64,000 bases of DNA from Escherichia phage REP1: the sequence record OQ174500.1; one strand, 5' to 3'. Both the position numbers and the translations under genes were made by a program. The notes below the pieces were generated by a model. That model was not told where the DNA came from, did not search any database, and saw nothing but the letters and a program-made list of their open reading frames with translations. Of this stretch, positions 9,533-18,304 are shown one piece after another (the first letter of the stretch is position 1; each line of letters begins with the position of its first letter).

Positions 9533-10735
9533 ATGAAAGTATGCATTTTTATGGCTCGAGGTCTTGAAGGTTGTGGCGTAACTAAATTTTCTCTTGAGCA
9601 GCGTGATTGGTTTATTAAAAATGGTCATGAAGTAACTTTGGTTTATGCTAAAGATAAATCATTTACCCGTAATTGCGCGCATGATTATAAATCATTTTCA
9701 ATTCCGGTTTTATTGGCAAAAGAATACGATAAAACACTTAAACTGGTAAATGATTGTGATATTCTAATTATCAATTCAGTTCCTGCTACTTCGGTTGAAG
9801 AAGACACTATTAATAACTATAAAAAAATTATTGATAACATTAAACCTTCTGTTCGTGTTGTAGTTTATCAACATGACCATTCTTCTCTTTCTTTGCGTCG
9901 AAATTTGGGATTAGAAGAAACTGTTCGTCGAGCTGATGTTATTTTTAGCCATTCTGATAATGGTGATTTTAATAAAGTTCTGATGAAAGAATGGTATCCA
10001 GAAACTGTTTCTCTGTTTGATGATATTGAAGAAGCACCGACAGTATATAACTTTCAGCCTCCTATGGATATTGCGAAGGTTCGGTCAACATACTGGAAAG
10101 ATGTTTCTGAAATTAACATGAATATCAACCGTTGGATTGGTCGTACGACTACATGGAAAGGTTTTTATCAGATGTTTGATTTTCATGAAAAACATCTTAA
10201 ACCTGCAGGACTAAGTACTATTATGGAAGGTCTGGAACGTTCTCCAGCGTTCATTCCCATTAAAGAAAAAGGAATTCCATACGAGTATTATCGTCTTCAT
10301 CAAGTAGACCAAATTAAAATTGCTCCTAATTTGCCAACGCAAATTCTTGACCGTTATGTAAATAGCGAAATGCTTGAACGTATGAGTAAATCCGGATTTG
10401 GTTATCAGCTGAGTAAGTTGGACAAAAAATATCTACAACGTTCTTTAGAATATACTCATCTCGAGCTTGGTGCATGTGGAACAATTCCGGTATTTTGGAA
10501 ATCTACTGGCGAAAATTTAAAATTCCGTGTTGATAATACTCCTTTGACCTCGCATGATAGCGGTATCATTTGGTTTGATGAAAATGACATGGAATCAACA
10601 TTTGAACGTATTAAAGAACTGTCATCTGACCGAGCTCTTTATGACCGTGAGCGAGAAAAAGCATATGAATTTTTGTATCAGCATCAAGATTCAAGCTTCT
10701 GCTTTAAAGAACAGTTTGACATTATTACAAAATAA
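9533..10735 (+). CDS. agt: DNA alpha-glucosyltransferase
   Basis: 400 aa, same length as T4 alpha-gt; position between 55 and 47. Confidence 0.85.
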   Translation: MKVCIFMARGLEGCGVTKFSLEQRDWFIKNGHEVTLVYAKDKSFTRNCAHDYKSFSIPVLLAKEYDKTLKLVNDCDILIINSVPATSVEEDTINNYKKIIDNIKPSVRVVVYQHDHSSLSLRRNLGLEETVRRADVIFSHSDNGDFNKVLMKEWYPETVSLFDDIEEAPTVYNFQPPMDIAKVRSTYWKDVSEINMNINRWIGRTTTWKGFYQMFDFHEKHLKPAGLSTIMEGLERSPAFIPIKEKGIPYEYYRLHQVDQIKIAPNLPTQILDRYVNSEMLERMSKSGFGYQLSKLDKKYLQRSLEYTHLELGACGTIPVFWKSTGENLKFRVDNTPLTSHDSGIIWFDENDMESTFERIKELSSDRALYDREREKAYEFLYQHQDSSFCFKEQFDIITK

Positions 10736-10756
10736 AGGGCTTCGGCCCTTTAGCTT
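10735..10756 (+). terminator. rho-independent terminator AAGGGCTTCGGCCCTT
   Basis: GC hairpin with UUCG loop right after agt stop. Confidence 0.7.
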
Positions 10757-10782
10757 TATGCGGAGTTTGATATAATGATATT
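10750..10782 (+). promoter_or_regulatory. middle (MotA-dependent) promoter-like element
   Basis: GCTTTA Mot-box-like sequence, 12 nt, then TATAAT. Confidence 0.4.
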
Positions 10783-10911
10783 TCTTGGATATGTGATACT
10801 TTTTCTTGCATTTTATCTATTCACTAGAGCATGTTGGATTGGGTTCTTTAGCACTCCAGATGGATTTATTTCAATAATTTTATTTTGCATTTCAATGACG
10901 GTTCTTGATAT

Positions 10912-11535
10912 ATGAAAAAATATATAACTTATTTAACAATATATAGTGGAGATAAACTTCCTCCTTTTTATATTGGATCTACATCTTTAGATAGGCATTT
11001 AGCTGGATATCATGGATCAGTTTTATCTAAAAAGTATAAGAAAATTTATAATAAAGAACTTTCAGATAACCCGCATCTATTTGATTCATGCATTTTAGCT
11101 GAATTTGATACGCGTGAAGAAGCTATTAAATGCGAGCTATATTATCAACGATTGCATGATGCAGTTAAAAATCCATTATTCTTTAATATGTCATATGCTG
11201 CTCCAAAAGGTTCATTTGGAAGAGATATTAAAGGACAAAATCATCCATTATATGGTTCTCATAATTGTAAAGGAAATATACATTCACATGATCCATTAAC
11301 AGGAAAATCTGCATTTTTACCTTATATTCCAGAAGGTTATGTAAAAGGAAGGTCAAATAAATTTAAAGCTTCATCACATAATAAAGGTAAAAAATGGTAT
11401 AATAACGGAGTTAAGCAAATGTTATGTCATGAACCTCCTGGTCCTGAATGGACAAAAGGAAAAATTAAAGAACTGGTTTCAAAAGCAGCTAAATTAGGAT
11501 GGAAAAGACACCATGAAAATACTAAACTTGGGTGA
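10912..11535 (+). CDS. GIY-YIG family homing-endonuclease-like protein (seg-like)
   Basis: 207 aa; N-terminal TIY-(9 aa)-YIGSTS...R..H module consistent with GIY-YIG; 3' end overlaps gene 47 start by 23 nt. Confidence 0.6.
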   Translation: MKKYITYLTIYSGDKLPPFYIGSTSLDRHLAGYHGSVLSKKYKKIYNKELSDNPHLFDSCILAEFDTREEAIKCELYYQRLHDAVKNPLFFNMSYAAPKGSFGRDIKGQNHPLYGSHNCKGNIHSHDPLTGKSAFLPYIPEGYVKGRSNKFKASSHNKGKKWYNNGVKQMLCHEPPGPEWTKGKIKELVSKAAKLGWKRHHENTKLG

Positions 11536-12532
11536 TTGGCATTTAGGCGTTAAAGCTGATGATGAGTGGATTCGCGGTATTCAAATTGATGGAATTAAGC
11601 AAGCGATAGAATATTCTAAGAAAAATGGAATTACGGTATGGATTCAATACGGTGATATTTTTGATGTGCGAAAAGCGATCACGCATAAAACTATGGAGTT
11701 TGCCCGTGAAATAGTTCAAATGCTTGATGGTGCTGGAATCACATTACATACTATTGTAGGAAATCACGATCTCCACTACAAAAATGTAATGCATCCAAAT
11801 GCTTCTACTGAGCTTTTGGCTAAATATCCTAATGTTAAAGTATATGATAAGCCTACTACAGTAGATTTTGACGGATGTTTGATTGATTTAATTCCTTGGA
11901 TGTGTGAAGAAAATACTGGTGAAATTCTTGAACACATCAAAACTTCATCTGCTTCTTTTTGTGTTGGTCACTGGGAACTGAATGGATTTTATTTTTATAA
12001 AGGAATGAAATCTCACGGTCTTGAACCTGATTTCCTTAAGACTTATAAAGAAGTGTGGTCTGGTCACTTCCATACTATCTCTGAGGCTGCTAACGTCAGA
12101 TATATTGGGACACCATGGACACTAACTGCAGGTGACGAGAATGACCCTCGCGGGTTCTGGATGTTTGATACAGAAACAGAACGAATGGAATTTATTCCAA
12201 ACAATACTACCTGGCATCGTAGAATTCATTATCCATTTAAAGGAAAAATTGACTATAAAGATTTTACAAATCTATCAGTACGTGTTATAGTAACTGAAGT
12301 AGACAAAAATCTGACGAAGTTTGAATCTGAACTAGAGAAAGTTGTGCATTCATTACGAGTTGTGTCAAAGATTGATAACTCTGTCGAGTCAGATGACAGT
12401 GAAGAAGTTGAAGTTCAATCTCTTCAGACGTTGATGGAAGAATACATTAATGCAATTCCAGACATCACTGATTCTGATCGCGAAGCACTTATTCAATATG
12501 CAAATCAGTTATATGTAGAGGCAACACAATGA
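11513..12532 (+). CDS. 47: recombination nuclease subunit gp47 (Mre11/SbcD-like)
   Basis: 339 aa; phosphoesterase motifs GDWHLG, GNHD; matches T4 gp47. Confidence 0.92.
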   Translation: MKILNLGDWHLGVKADDEWIRGIQIDGIKQAIEYSKKNGITVWIQYGDIFDVRKAITHKTMEFAREIVQMLDGAGITLHTIVGNHDLHYKNVMHPNASTELLAKYPNVKVYDKPTTVDFDGCLIDLIPWMCEENTGEILEHIKTSSASFCVGHWELNGFYFYKGMKSHGLEPDFLKTYKEVWSGHFHTISEAANVRYIGTPWTLTAGDENDPRGFWMFDTETERMEFIPNNTTWHRRIHYPFKGKIDYKDFTNLSVRVIVTEVDKNLTKFESELEKVVHSLRVVSKIDNSVESDDSEEVEVQSLQTLMEEYINAIPDITDSDREALIQYANQLYVEATQ

Positions 12533-12792
12533 CTTTTGATGAATTTAAAAATGTTATGATGAGTCAGCATTTTGAATGCGAAGTAAAAGATGATATTGGT
12601 CATAAAGAAATTATTGAATATTGGTTTGAACCGCTAGAGGTTGAAGATAATTGTATTAAAAAGGTTACAGTCTGCACTGACTGGGCTGTATCTTTTAACT
12701 TCAACATTTTAGATAATGACACACCTAAATCATTACGAGATATGGCTGTATCTTGTATTAAGGATGCATACTGTGAAGTTTTCGACATTTGA
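12529..12792 (+). CDS. hypothetical protein (46.2-like position)
   Basis: 87-aa ORF, ATGA overlap with gene 47. Confidence 0.5.
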   Translation: MTFDEFKNVMMSQHFECEVKDDIGHKEIIEYWFEPLEVEDNCIKKVTVCTDWAVSFNFNILDNDTPKSLRDMAVSCIKDAYCEVFDI

Positions 12793-12979
12793 CATTAATG
12801 ATGAATTCATAGCAAACATTGATTATACCGAAGAAGATTCTAGATATGTTGGAATAATTTATATTACATCAAAAACAGCACAAGGTGTTGTTTGCATGGC
12901 TGAATTTGATGAATACTTTTTAGATTATGATGATATGATAGAATGGTCTAAAAGATACATTAAAAGGAATCTTTTGTGA
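12716..12979 (+). CDS. hypothetical protein (46.1-like position); start uncertain (12716 or 12764)
   Basis: Track ORF overlaps the previous ORF; internal ATG at 12764. Confidence 0.4.
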   Translation: MTHLNHYEIWLYLVLRMHTVKFSTFDINDEFIANIDYTEEDSRYVGIIYITSKTAQGVVCMAEFDEYFLDYDDMIEWSKRYIKRNLL

Positions 12980-14658
12980 AGAATTTTAAACTAAACCGAG
13001 TTAGGTATCAAAATATAATGTCAGTAGGTGGAAATCCTATTGACATTCAATTAGATAAGGTTCAAAAAACTCTTATTACTGGACGAAATGGCGGTGGTAA
13101 GTCTACTATGTTAGAAGCCATCACATTTGGGCTTTTTGGCAAGCCATTTCGCGATGTAAAGAAAGGTCAATTAATAAACAGCACAAATAAGAAAGAACTT
13201 TTAGTTGAACTGTGGATGGAATATGATGAGAAAAAGTACTATATCAAAAGAGGACAAAAACCGAACGTTTTTGAAATCACCGTTAACGGTACACGTCTTA
13301 ATGAATCTGCCAGCAGTAAAGATTTCCAAGCAGAATTTGAACAGCTTATCGGAATGTCATATGCCAGTTTCAAGCAGATTGTTGTCCTTGGTACAGCAGG
13401 GTATACCCCTTTCATGGGTTTGTCGACCCCTGCACGAAGAAAGCTTGTGGAAGACCTGCTTGAGGTAGGAACATTAGCTGAAATGGATAAGCTTAATAAA
13501 GCACTAATACGTGAATTAAATTCGCAGAACCAAGTGCTTGATGTTAAAAAAGATAGTATTATCCAACAAATTAAAATATATAATGATAATGTTGAACGCC
13601 AGAAAAAATTGTCTGGTGACAACCTTACTCGTCTACAAAATATGTATGATGATTTGGCAAAAGAAGCTAGAACGCTAAAATCGGAAATAGAAGAAGCTAA
13701 TGAAAGATTAGTTAATATTGTTTTGGATGAAGACCCGACTGATGCATTTAATAAAATCGGTCAAGAAGCAGTTTTAATTAAATCAAAAATTGACTCGTAT
13801 AATAAAGTCATTAATATGTATCACGAAGGTGGATTATGTCCAACCTGTTTGTCACAATTAAGTTCCGGTGATAAAGTTGTTTCTAAAATTAAAGATAAAG
13901 TTTCTGAATGTACGCATTCGTTTGAACAGCTTTCAACACACCGTGATAATTTAAAAGTTCTTGTCGATGAATACCGAGATAATATTAAAACCCAACAGTC
14001 GTTGGCGAATGATATTCGCAATAAAAAGCAATCCCTAATCACAACGGTAGATAAAGCTAAAAAAGTTAAAGCAGCTATAGAAAAAGCATCTTCTGAGTTT
14101 ATTGACCATGCTGATGAAATAGCACTGCTTCAAGAAGAACTTGATAAAATTATTAAGACAAAAACTAATTTAGTAATGGAAAAATACCACCGAGGAATTT
14201 TGACTGATATGCTCAAAGATTCTGGTATTAAAGGTGCTATTATTAAAAAGTACATTCCATTATTTAATAAGCAGATTAACCATTATCTTAAAATAATGGA
14301 AGCGGATTATGTGTTTACATTAGATGAAGAATTTAATGAGACAATTAAATCCCGTGGTCGTGAAGATTTTAGTTATGCTTCATTCAGTCAAGGTGAAAAA
14401 GCGCGAATTGATATTGCTCTTTTATTTACTTGGCGTGATATTGCTGAAAAAGTTTCAGGTGTTAAAATAAACACACTAATTCTTGATGAAGTTTTTGATT
14501 CAGCGACCGACGTTGAAGGTGTAAAAGCTATTTCAACTATTTTAGATAGTTTAAAAAATACTAATGTTTTTGTTATTTCACATAGAGACCATGACCCGCA
14601 AGCATACGGTCAGCATCTTCAAATGAAGAAAGTTGGTCGATTTACTGTAATGGTTTAA
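12976..14658 (+). CDS. 46: recombination nuclease ATPase subunit gp46 (Rad50/SbcC-like)
   Basis: 560 aa; Walker A GRNGGGKST; zinc hook CPTC; GTG start; matches T4 gp46. Confidence 0.92.
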   Translation: MKNFKLNRVRYQNIMSVGGNPIDIQLDKVQKTLITGRNGGGKSTMLEAITFGLFGKPFRDVKKGQLINSTNKKELLVELWMEYDEKKYYIKRGQKPNVFEITVNGTRLNESASSKDFQAEFEQLIGMSYASFKQIVVLGTAGYTPFMGLSTPARRKLVEDLLEVGTLAEMDKLNKALIRELNSQNQVLDVKKDSIIQQIKIYNDNVERQKKLSGDNLTRLQNMYDDLAKEARTLKSEIEEANERLVNIVLDEDPTDAFNKIGQEAVLIKSKIDSYNKVINMYHEGGLCPTCLSQLSSGDKVVSKIKDKVSECTHSFEQLSTHRDNLKVLVDEYRDNIKTQQSLANDIRNKKQSLITTVDKAKKVKAAIEKASSEFIDHADEIALLQEELDKIIKTKTNLVMEKYHRGILTDMLKDSGIKGAIIKKYIPLFNKQINHYLKIMEADYVFTLDEEFNETIKSRGREDFSYASFSQGEKARIDIALLFTWRDIAEKVSGVKINTLILDEVFDSATDVEGVKAISTILDSLKNTNVFVISHRDHDPQAYGQHLQMKKVGRFTVMV

Positions 14659-14713
14659 TTTATAAGAGATTATGCTTTAATTTATTAGAGTATAATCTCT
14701 ATGGAGGAAAAAC

Positions 14714-14902
14714 ATGGAATATTCAACTGGACAGCATTTATTAACTTTTCCTGAAATAAAACGATATATTCTGAGAAATAATTTTTCTAATGAAGAGCAT
14801 ATAGTTACTGAATCTATGCTTAGGAATGCATTTAAAGCAGAATATACAAAAATAATGTCCAATAGAAATGAAGCTTGGACTGTTACTGATTATTATGACT
14901 AA
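14714..14902 (+). CDS. hypothetical protein (45.2-like)
   Basis: 62 aa; GGAGGAAAA RBS. Confidence 0.5.
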   Translation: MEYSTGQHLLTFPEIKRYILRNNFSNEEHIVTESMLRNAFKAEYTKIMSNRNEAWTVTDYYD

Positions 14903-14911
14903 AGGTGTATT

Positions 14912-15301
14912 ATGACTAAAATTACTGTGAATTATACTGTTGACGTAAAAGATATTCAGCCAAAACACGTGCGTTCTGAATCAAATCCACAAAACCAAAA
15001 TAAAATTCGTCGAGCATGGGTTTTGTCTCTTTCTGATAACGCAATGGAAGTTATTCAGAACAAAATTAAATCTGCACCTGCTCGTCATGCGTATTATGAA
15101 GCTATCGATCGTGAAGTAAGTAATAAATGGATTGAACTAATGCGCAAACATACTACAGAATCCCTAAACGCCGGTGCTAAATTTATTATGACTTCATGTG
15201 GTGAACGCCTTGAAGATGATTATTGTGGTAATGCAGATGAACGTCTAATTGTTGCTGCTCAAATTGTTGCGGAAACAATTGCGGCTGATTTTAATCGTTA
15301 A
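14912..15301 (+). CDS. rpbA: RNA polymerase binding protein RpbA
   Basis: 129 aa, same length and position as T4 rpbA. Confidence 0.65.
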
Positions 15302-15304
15302 TTG

Positions 15305-15335
15305 CTTTATTAAATTAGTTATAAAATTAAATCTC
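15305..15335 (+). promoter_or_regulatory. middle-promoter-like element upstream of gene 45
   Basis: GCTTTA box followed about 10 nt later by TATAAA. Confidence 0.35.
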
Positions 15336-15356
15336 ATTTGAATTGAAGGAAATTAC

Positions 15357-16043
15357 ATGAAACTGTCTAAAGATACTACTGCTCTGCTTAAAAATTTCGC
15401 TACTATTAACTCCGGTATTATGCTTAAATCCGGTCAATTTATTATGACTCGCGCAGTTAATGGTACAACTTATGCGGAAGCAAATATTTCTGACGTTATT
15501 GATTTTGATGTAGCAATTTACGATTTGAACGGTTTTCTCGGTATTCTGTCTCTAGTTAATGATGATGCAGAAATTTCCCAGTCAGAAGATGGAAATATTA
15601 AAATTGCTGATGCCCGTTCAACAATTTTTTGGCCAGCAGCCGATCCGAGTACAGTAGTTGCTCCTAATAAACCAATTCCATTCCCGGTAGCATCTGTTGT
15701 TACTGAAATTAAAGCTGAAGACCTTCAACAACTGTTGCGTGTATCTCGTGGTCTGCAAATTGATACAATTGCTATCACGGTAAAAGAAGGTAAAATCGTA
15801 ATTAACGGTTTTAATAAAGTAGAAGATTCTGCTCTGACCCGTGTTAAATATTCTTTGACTCTTGGTGATTATGATGGTGAAAATACATTTAATTTCATTA
15901 TCAATATGGCAAATATGAAAATGCAACCAGGAAATTATAAACTTCTGCTCTGGGCAAAAGGTAAACAAGGTGCTGCTAAATTTGAAGGTGAACATGCGAA
16001 TTATGTAGTAGCTCTTGAAGCTGATTCTACCCACGATTTTTAA
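15357..16043 (+). CDS. 45: sliding clamp gp45
   Basis: 228 aa; sequence matches T4 gp45. Confidence 0.95.
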   Translation: MKLSKDTTALLKNFATINSGIMLKSGQFIMTRAVNGTTYAEANISDVIDFDVAIYDLNGFLGILSLVNDDAEISQSEDGNIKIADARSTIFWPAADPSTVVAPNKPIPFPVASVVTEIKAEDLQQLLRVSRGLQIDTIAITVKEGKIVINGFNKVEDSALTRVKYSLTLGDYDGENTFNFIINMANMKMQPGNYKLLLWAKGKQGAAKFEGEHANYVVALEADSTHDF

Positions 16044-16046
16044 TAG

Positions 16047-16065
16047 AGGGCTTCGGCCCTTTATA
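16047..16065 (+). terminator. hairpin AGGGCTTCGGCCCT between genes 45 and 44
   Basis: UUCG-loop GC hairpin + TTTAT. Confidence 0.6.
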
Positions 16066-16094
16066 ATTTACACTAAAACTTGAATGAGGAAATT

Positions 16095-17054
16095 ATGATT
16101 ACCGTAAATGAAAAAGAACACATTCTTGAACAGAAATATCGTCCATCTACTATCGATGAATGTATTCTTCCCGCCTTTGATAAAGAAACCTTTAAATCTA
16201 TTACAAGTAAAGGTAAGATTCCACATATTATTCTTCATTCTCCTTCTCCAGGAACAGGTAAAACAACTGTAGCAAAAGCATTGTGTCATGATGTAAATGC
16301 TGATATGATGTTTGTAAATGGATCAGACTGTAAAATTGATTTCGTTCGTGGTCCTTTAACTAATTTTGCGAGTGCAGCTTCATTTGATGGTCGTCAAAAA
16401 GTAATCGTTATTGATGAATTTGACCGCTCAGGTTTAGCAGAATCTCAGCGACATCTTCGTTCCTTTATGGAAGCTTATAGTTCAAACTGTAGTATTATTA
16501 TTACTGCTAACAATATTGATGGTATTATTAAACCACTTCAGTCACGCTGCCGAGTTATTACGTTCGGTCAACCGACCGATGAAGATAAAATTGAAATGAT
16601 GAAGCAGATGATTCGTCGATTGACTGAAATCTGTAAACATGAAGGTATTGCTATAGCTGATATGAAAGTTGTAGCAGCTTTGGTTAAAAAGAATTTTCCT
16701 GATTTTCGTAAAACTATTGGCGAGCTCGATAGTTATTCATCTAAAGGTGTTTTGGATGCTGGTATTTTATCACTGGTTACTAACGATCGTGGTGCTATTG
16801 ATGATGTTCTTGAGTCTCTCAAAAATAAAGATGTTAAACAACTCAGAGCTTTAGCACCAAAATATGCAGCCGATTATTCGTGGTTCGTGGGTAAACTTGC
16901 CGAAGAAATCTATTCACGTGTAACTCCACAGAGTATTATTCGTATGTACGAAATTGTCGGCGAAAATAATCAGTATCATGGTATTGCAGCTAATACTGAA
17001 TTGCATTTAGCTTATCTTTTCATTCAATTAGCATGCGAAATGCAGTGGAAGTGA
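16095..17054 (+). CDS. 44: clamp loader large subunit gp44 (AAA+)
   Basis: 319 aa from ATG after GAGGAAA RBS (track ORF starts at upstream ATG 16080); Walker [18 protein letters not shown] motif. Confidence 0.95.
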
Positions 17055-17055
17055 T

Positions 17056-17619
17056 ATGAGCTTATTTGAAGATGATATTCAATTAAACGAGCATCAAGTT
17101 GCTTGGTATTCTAAAGATTGGACAGCTGTCCAATCTGCTGCTGATACTTTTAAAGAAAAAGCTGAAAATGAATTTTTTGAAATAATTGGAGCTATTAATA
17201 ATAAAACTAAATGCTCTATTGCTCAAAAAGATTATTCAAAATTCATGGTTGAAAATGCATTATCACAATTTCCAGAGTGCATGCCAGCTGTATATGCTAT
17301 GAATTTAATTGGATCAGGCTTAAGTGATGAAGCTCATTTTAATTATCTAATGGCTGCAGTTCCTCGTGGTAAAAGATATGGTAAATGGGCAAAACTAGTT
17401 GAAGATTCCACCGAAGTATTGATTATTAAGTTACTTGCTAAGCGGTATCAAGTTAATACAAATGATGCAATTAACTATAAATCAATTCTTACTAAAAATG
17501 GAAAACTACCTTTAGTATTAAAAGAACTTAAAGGATTAGTCACGGATGATTTTTTAAAAGAAGTGACTAAGAACGTAAAAGAACAGAAACAACTCAAAAA
17601 ACTAGCATTGGAATGGTAA
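17056..17619 (+). CDS. 62: clamp loader small subunit gp62
   Basis: 187 aa; matches T4 gp62. Confidence 0.9.
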   Translation: MSLFEDDIQLNEHQVAWYSKDWTAVQSAADTFKEKAENEFFEIIGAINNKTKCSIAQKDYSKFMVENALSQFPECMPAVYAMNLIGSGLSDEAHFNYLMAAVPRGKRYGKWAKLVEDSTEVLIIKLLAKRYQVNTNDAINYKSILTKNGKLPLVLKELKGLVTDDFLKEVTKNVKEQKQLKKLALEW

Positions 17620-17620
17620 A

Positions 17621-17989
17621 ATGATTGAAATTACTCTTAAAAAACCTGAAGATTTTCTGAAAGTAAAAGAAACTTTGACTCGTATGGGAATTGCTAATAA
17701 TAAAGATAAAGTTCTGTATCAGTCCTGTCATATTCTTCAGAAAAAAGGACTATACTATATCGTTCATTTTAAAGAAATGCTTCGTATGGATGGCCGTCAA
17801 GTTGAAATGACAGAAGAAGATGAAGTTCGTCGTGATTCGATTGCATGGCTGTTAGAAGATTGGGGACTGATTGAAATCGTTCCTGGACAAAGAACTTTTA
17901 TGAAAGATTTAACTAATAACTTCCGAGTTATTTCTTTTAAACAAAAACATGAATGGAAACTCGTTCCTAAATATACGATTGGTAATTAA
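17621..17989 (+). CDS. regA: translational repressor RegA
   Basis: 122 aa; matches T4 RegA. Confidence 0.93.
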   Translation: MIEITLKKPEDFLKVKETLTRMGIANNKDKVLYQSCHILQKKGLYYIVHFKEMLRMDGRQVEMTEEDEVRRDSIAWLLEDWGLIEIVPGQRTFMKDLTNNFRVISFKQKHEWKLVPKYTIGN

Positions 17990-17999
17990 GGTAAATTAT

Positions 18000-18224
18000 A
18001 TGACACAATCAGAGATTCAGTTTACCGAAGCTTTTCTAATATTCGAAAATCTAAAACAAACATATGGTCTGTCTTCTACCCAACTGGTTTTTGACCTCCC
18101 GGAAGATAAACAAAAAGAATTCCAACGATTAGTTTACCCACGCCAACGCGCATTTCATGCGATTATCAAAACCACAAATAAAGATGGCAAGTCCGTTATA
18201 TCGCGTCGTACAATAGAAATTTAA
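18000..18224 (+). CDS. hypothetical protein between regA and gene 43
   Basis: 74 aa from ATG (M18 of track ORF 17949..18224); followed by terminator. Confidence 0.4.
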   Translation: MTQSEIQFTEAFLIFENLKQTYGLSSTQLVFDLPEDKQKEFQRLVYPRQRAFHAIIKTTNKDGKSVISRRTIEI

Positions 18225-18227
18225 AGC

Positions 18228-18252
18228 AAAGGGGCTTCGGCCCCTTATTTGG
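18228..18252 (+). terminator. rho-independent terminator AAGGGGCTTCGGCCCCTT + TTT
   Basis: GC hairpin with UUCG loop. Confidence 0.7.
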
Positions 18253-18265
18253 AGTATAATATATC

Positions 18266-18300
18266 AAGAGCCTAATAACTCGGGCTATAAACTAAGGAAT
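18266..18300 (+). promoter_or_regulatory. gene 43 translational operator-like hairpin adjacent to the Shine-Dalgarno
   Basis: GAGCCUAAUAACUCGGGCU hairpin then AAGGAA and ATG; resembles the T4 gp43 autoregulatory operator. Confidence 0.5.
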
Positions 18301-18304
18301 ATCT

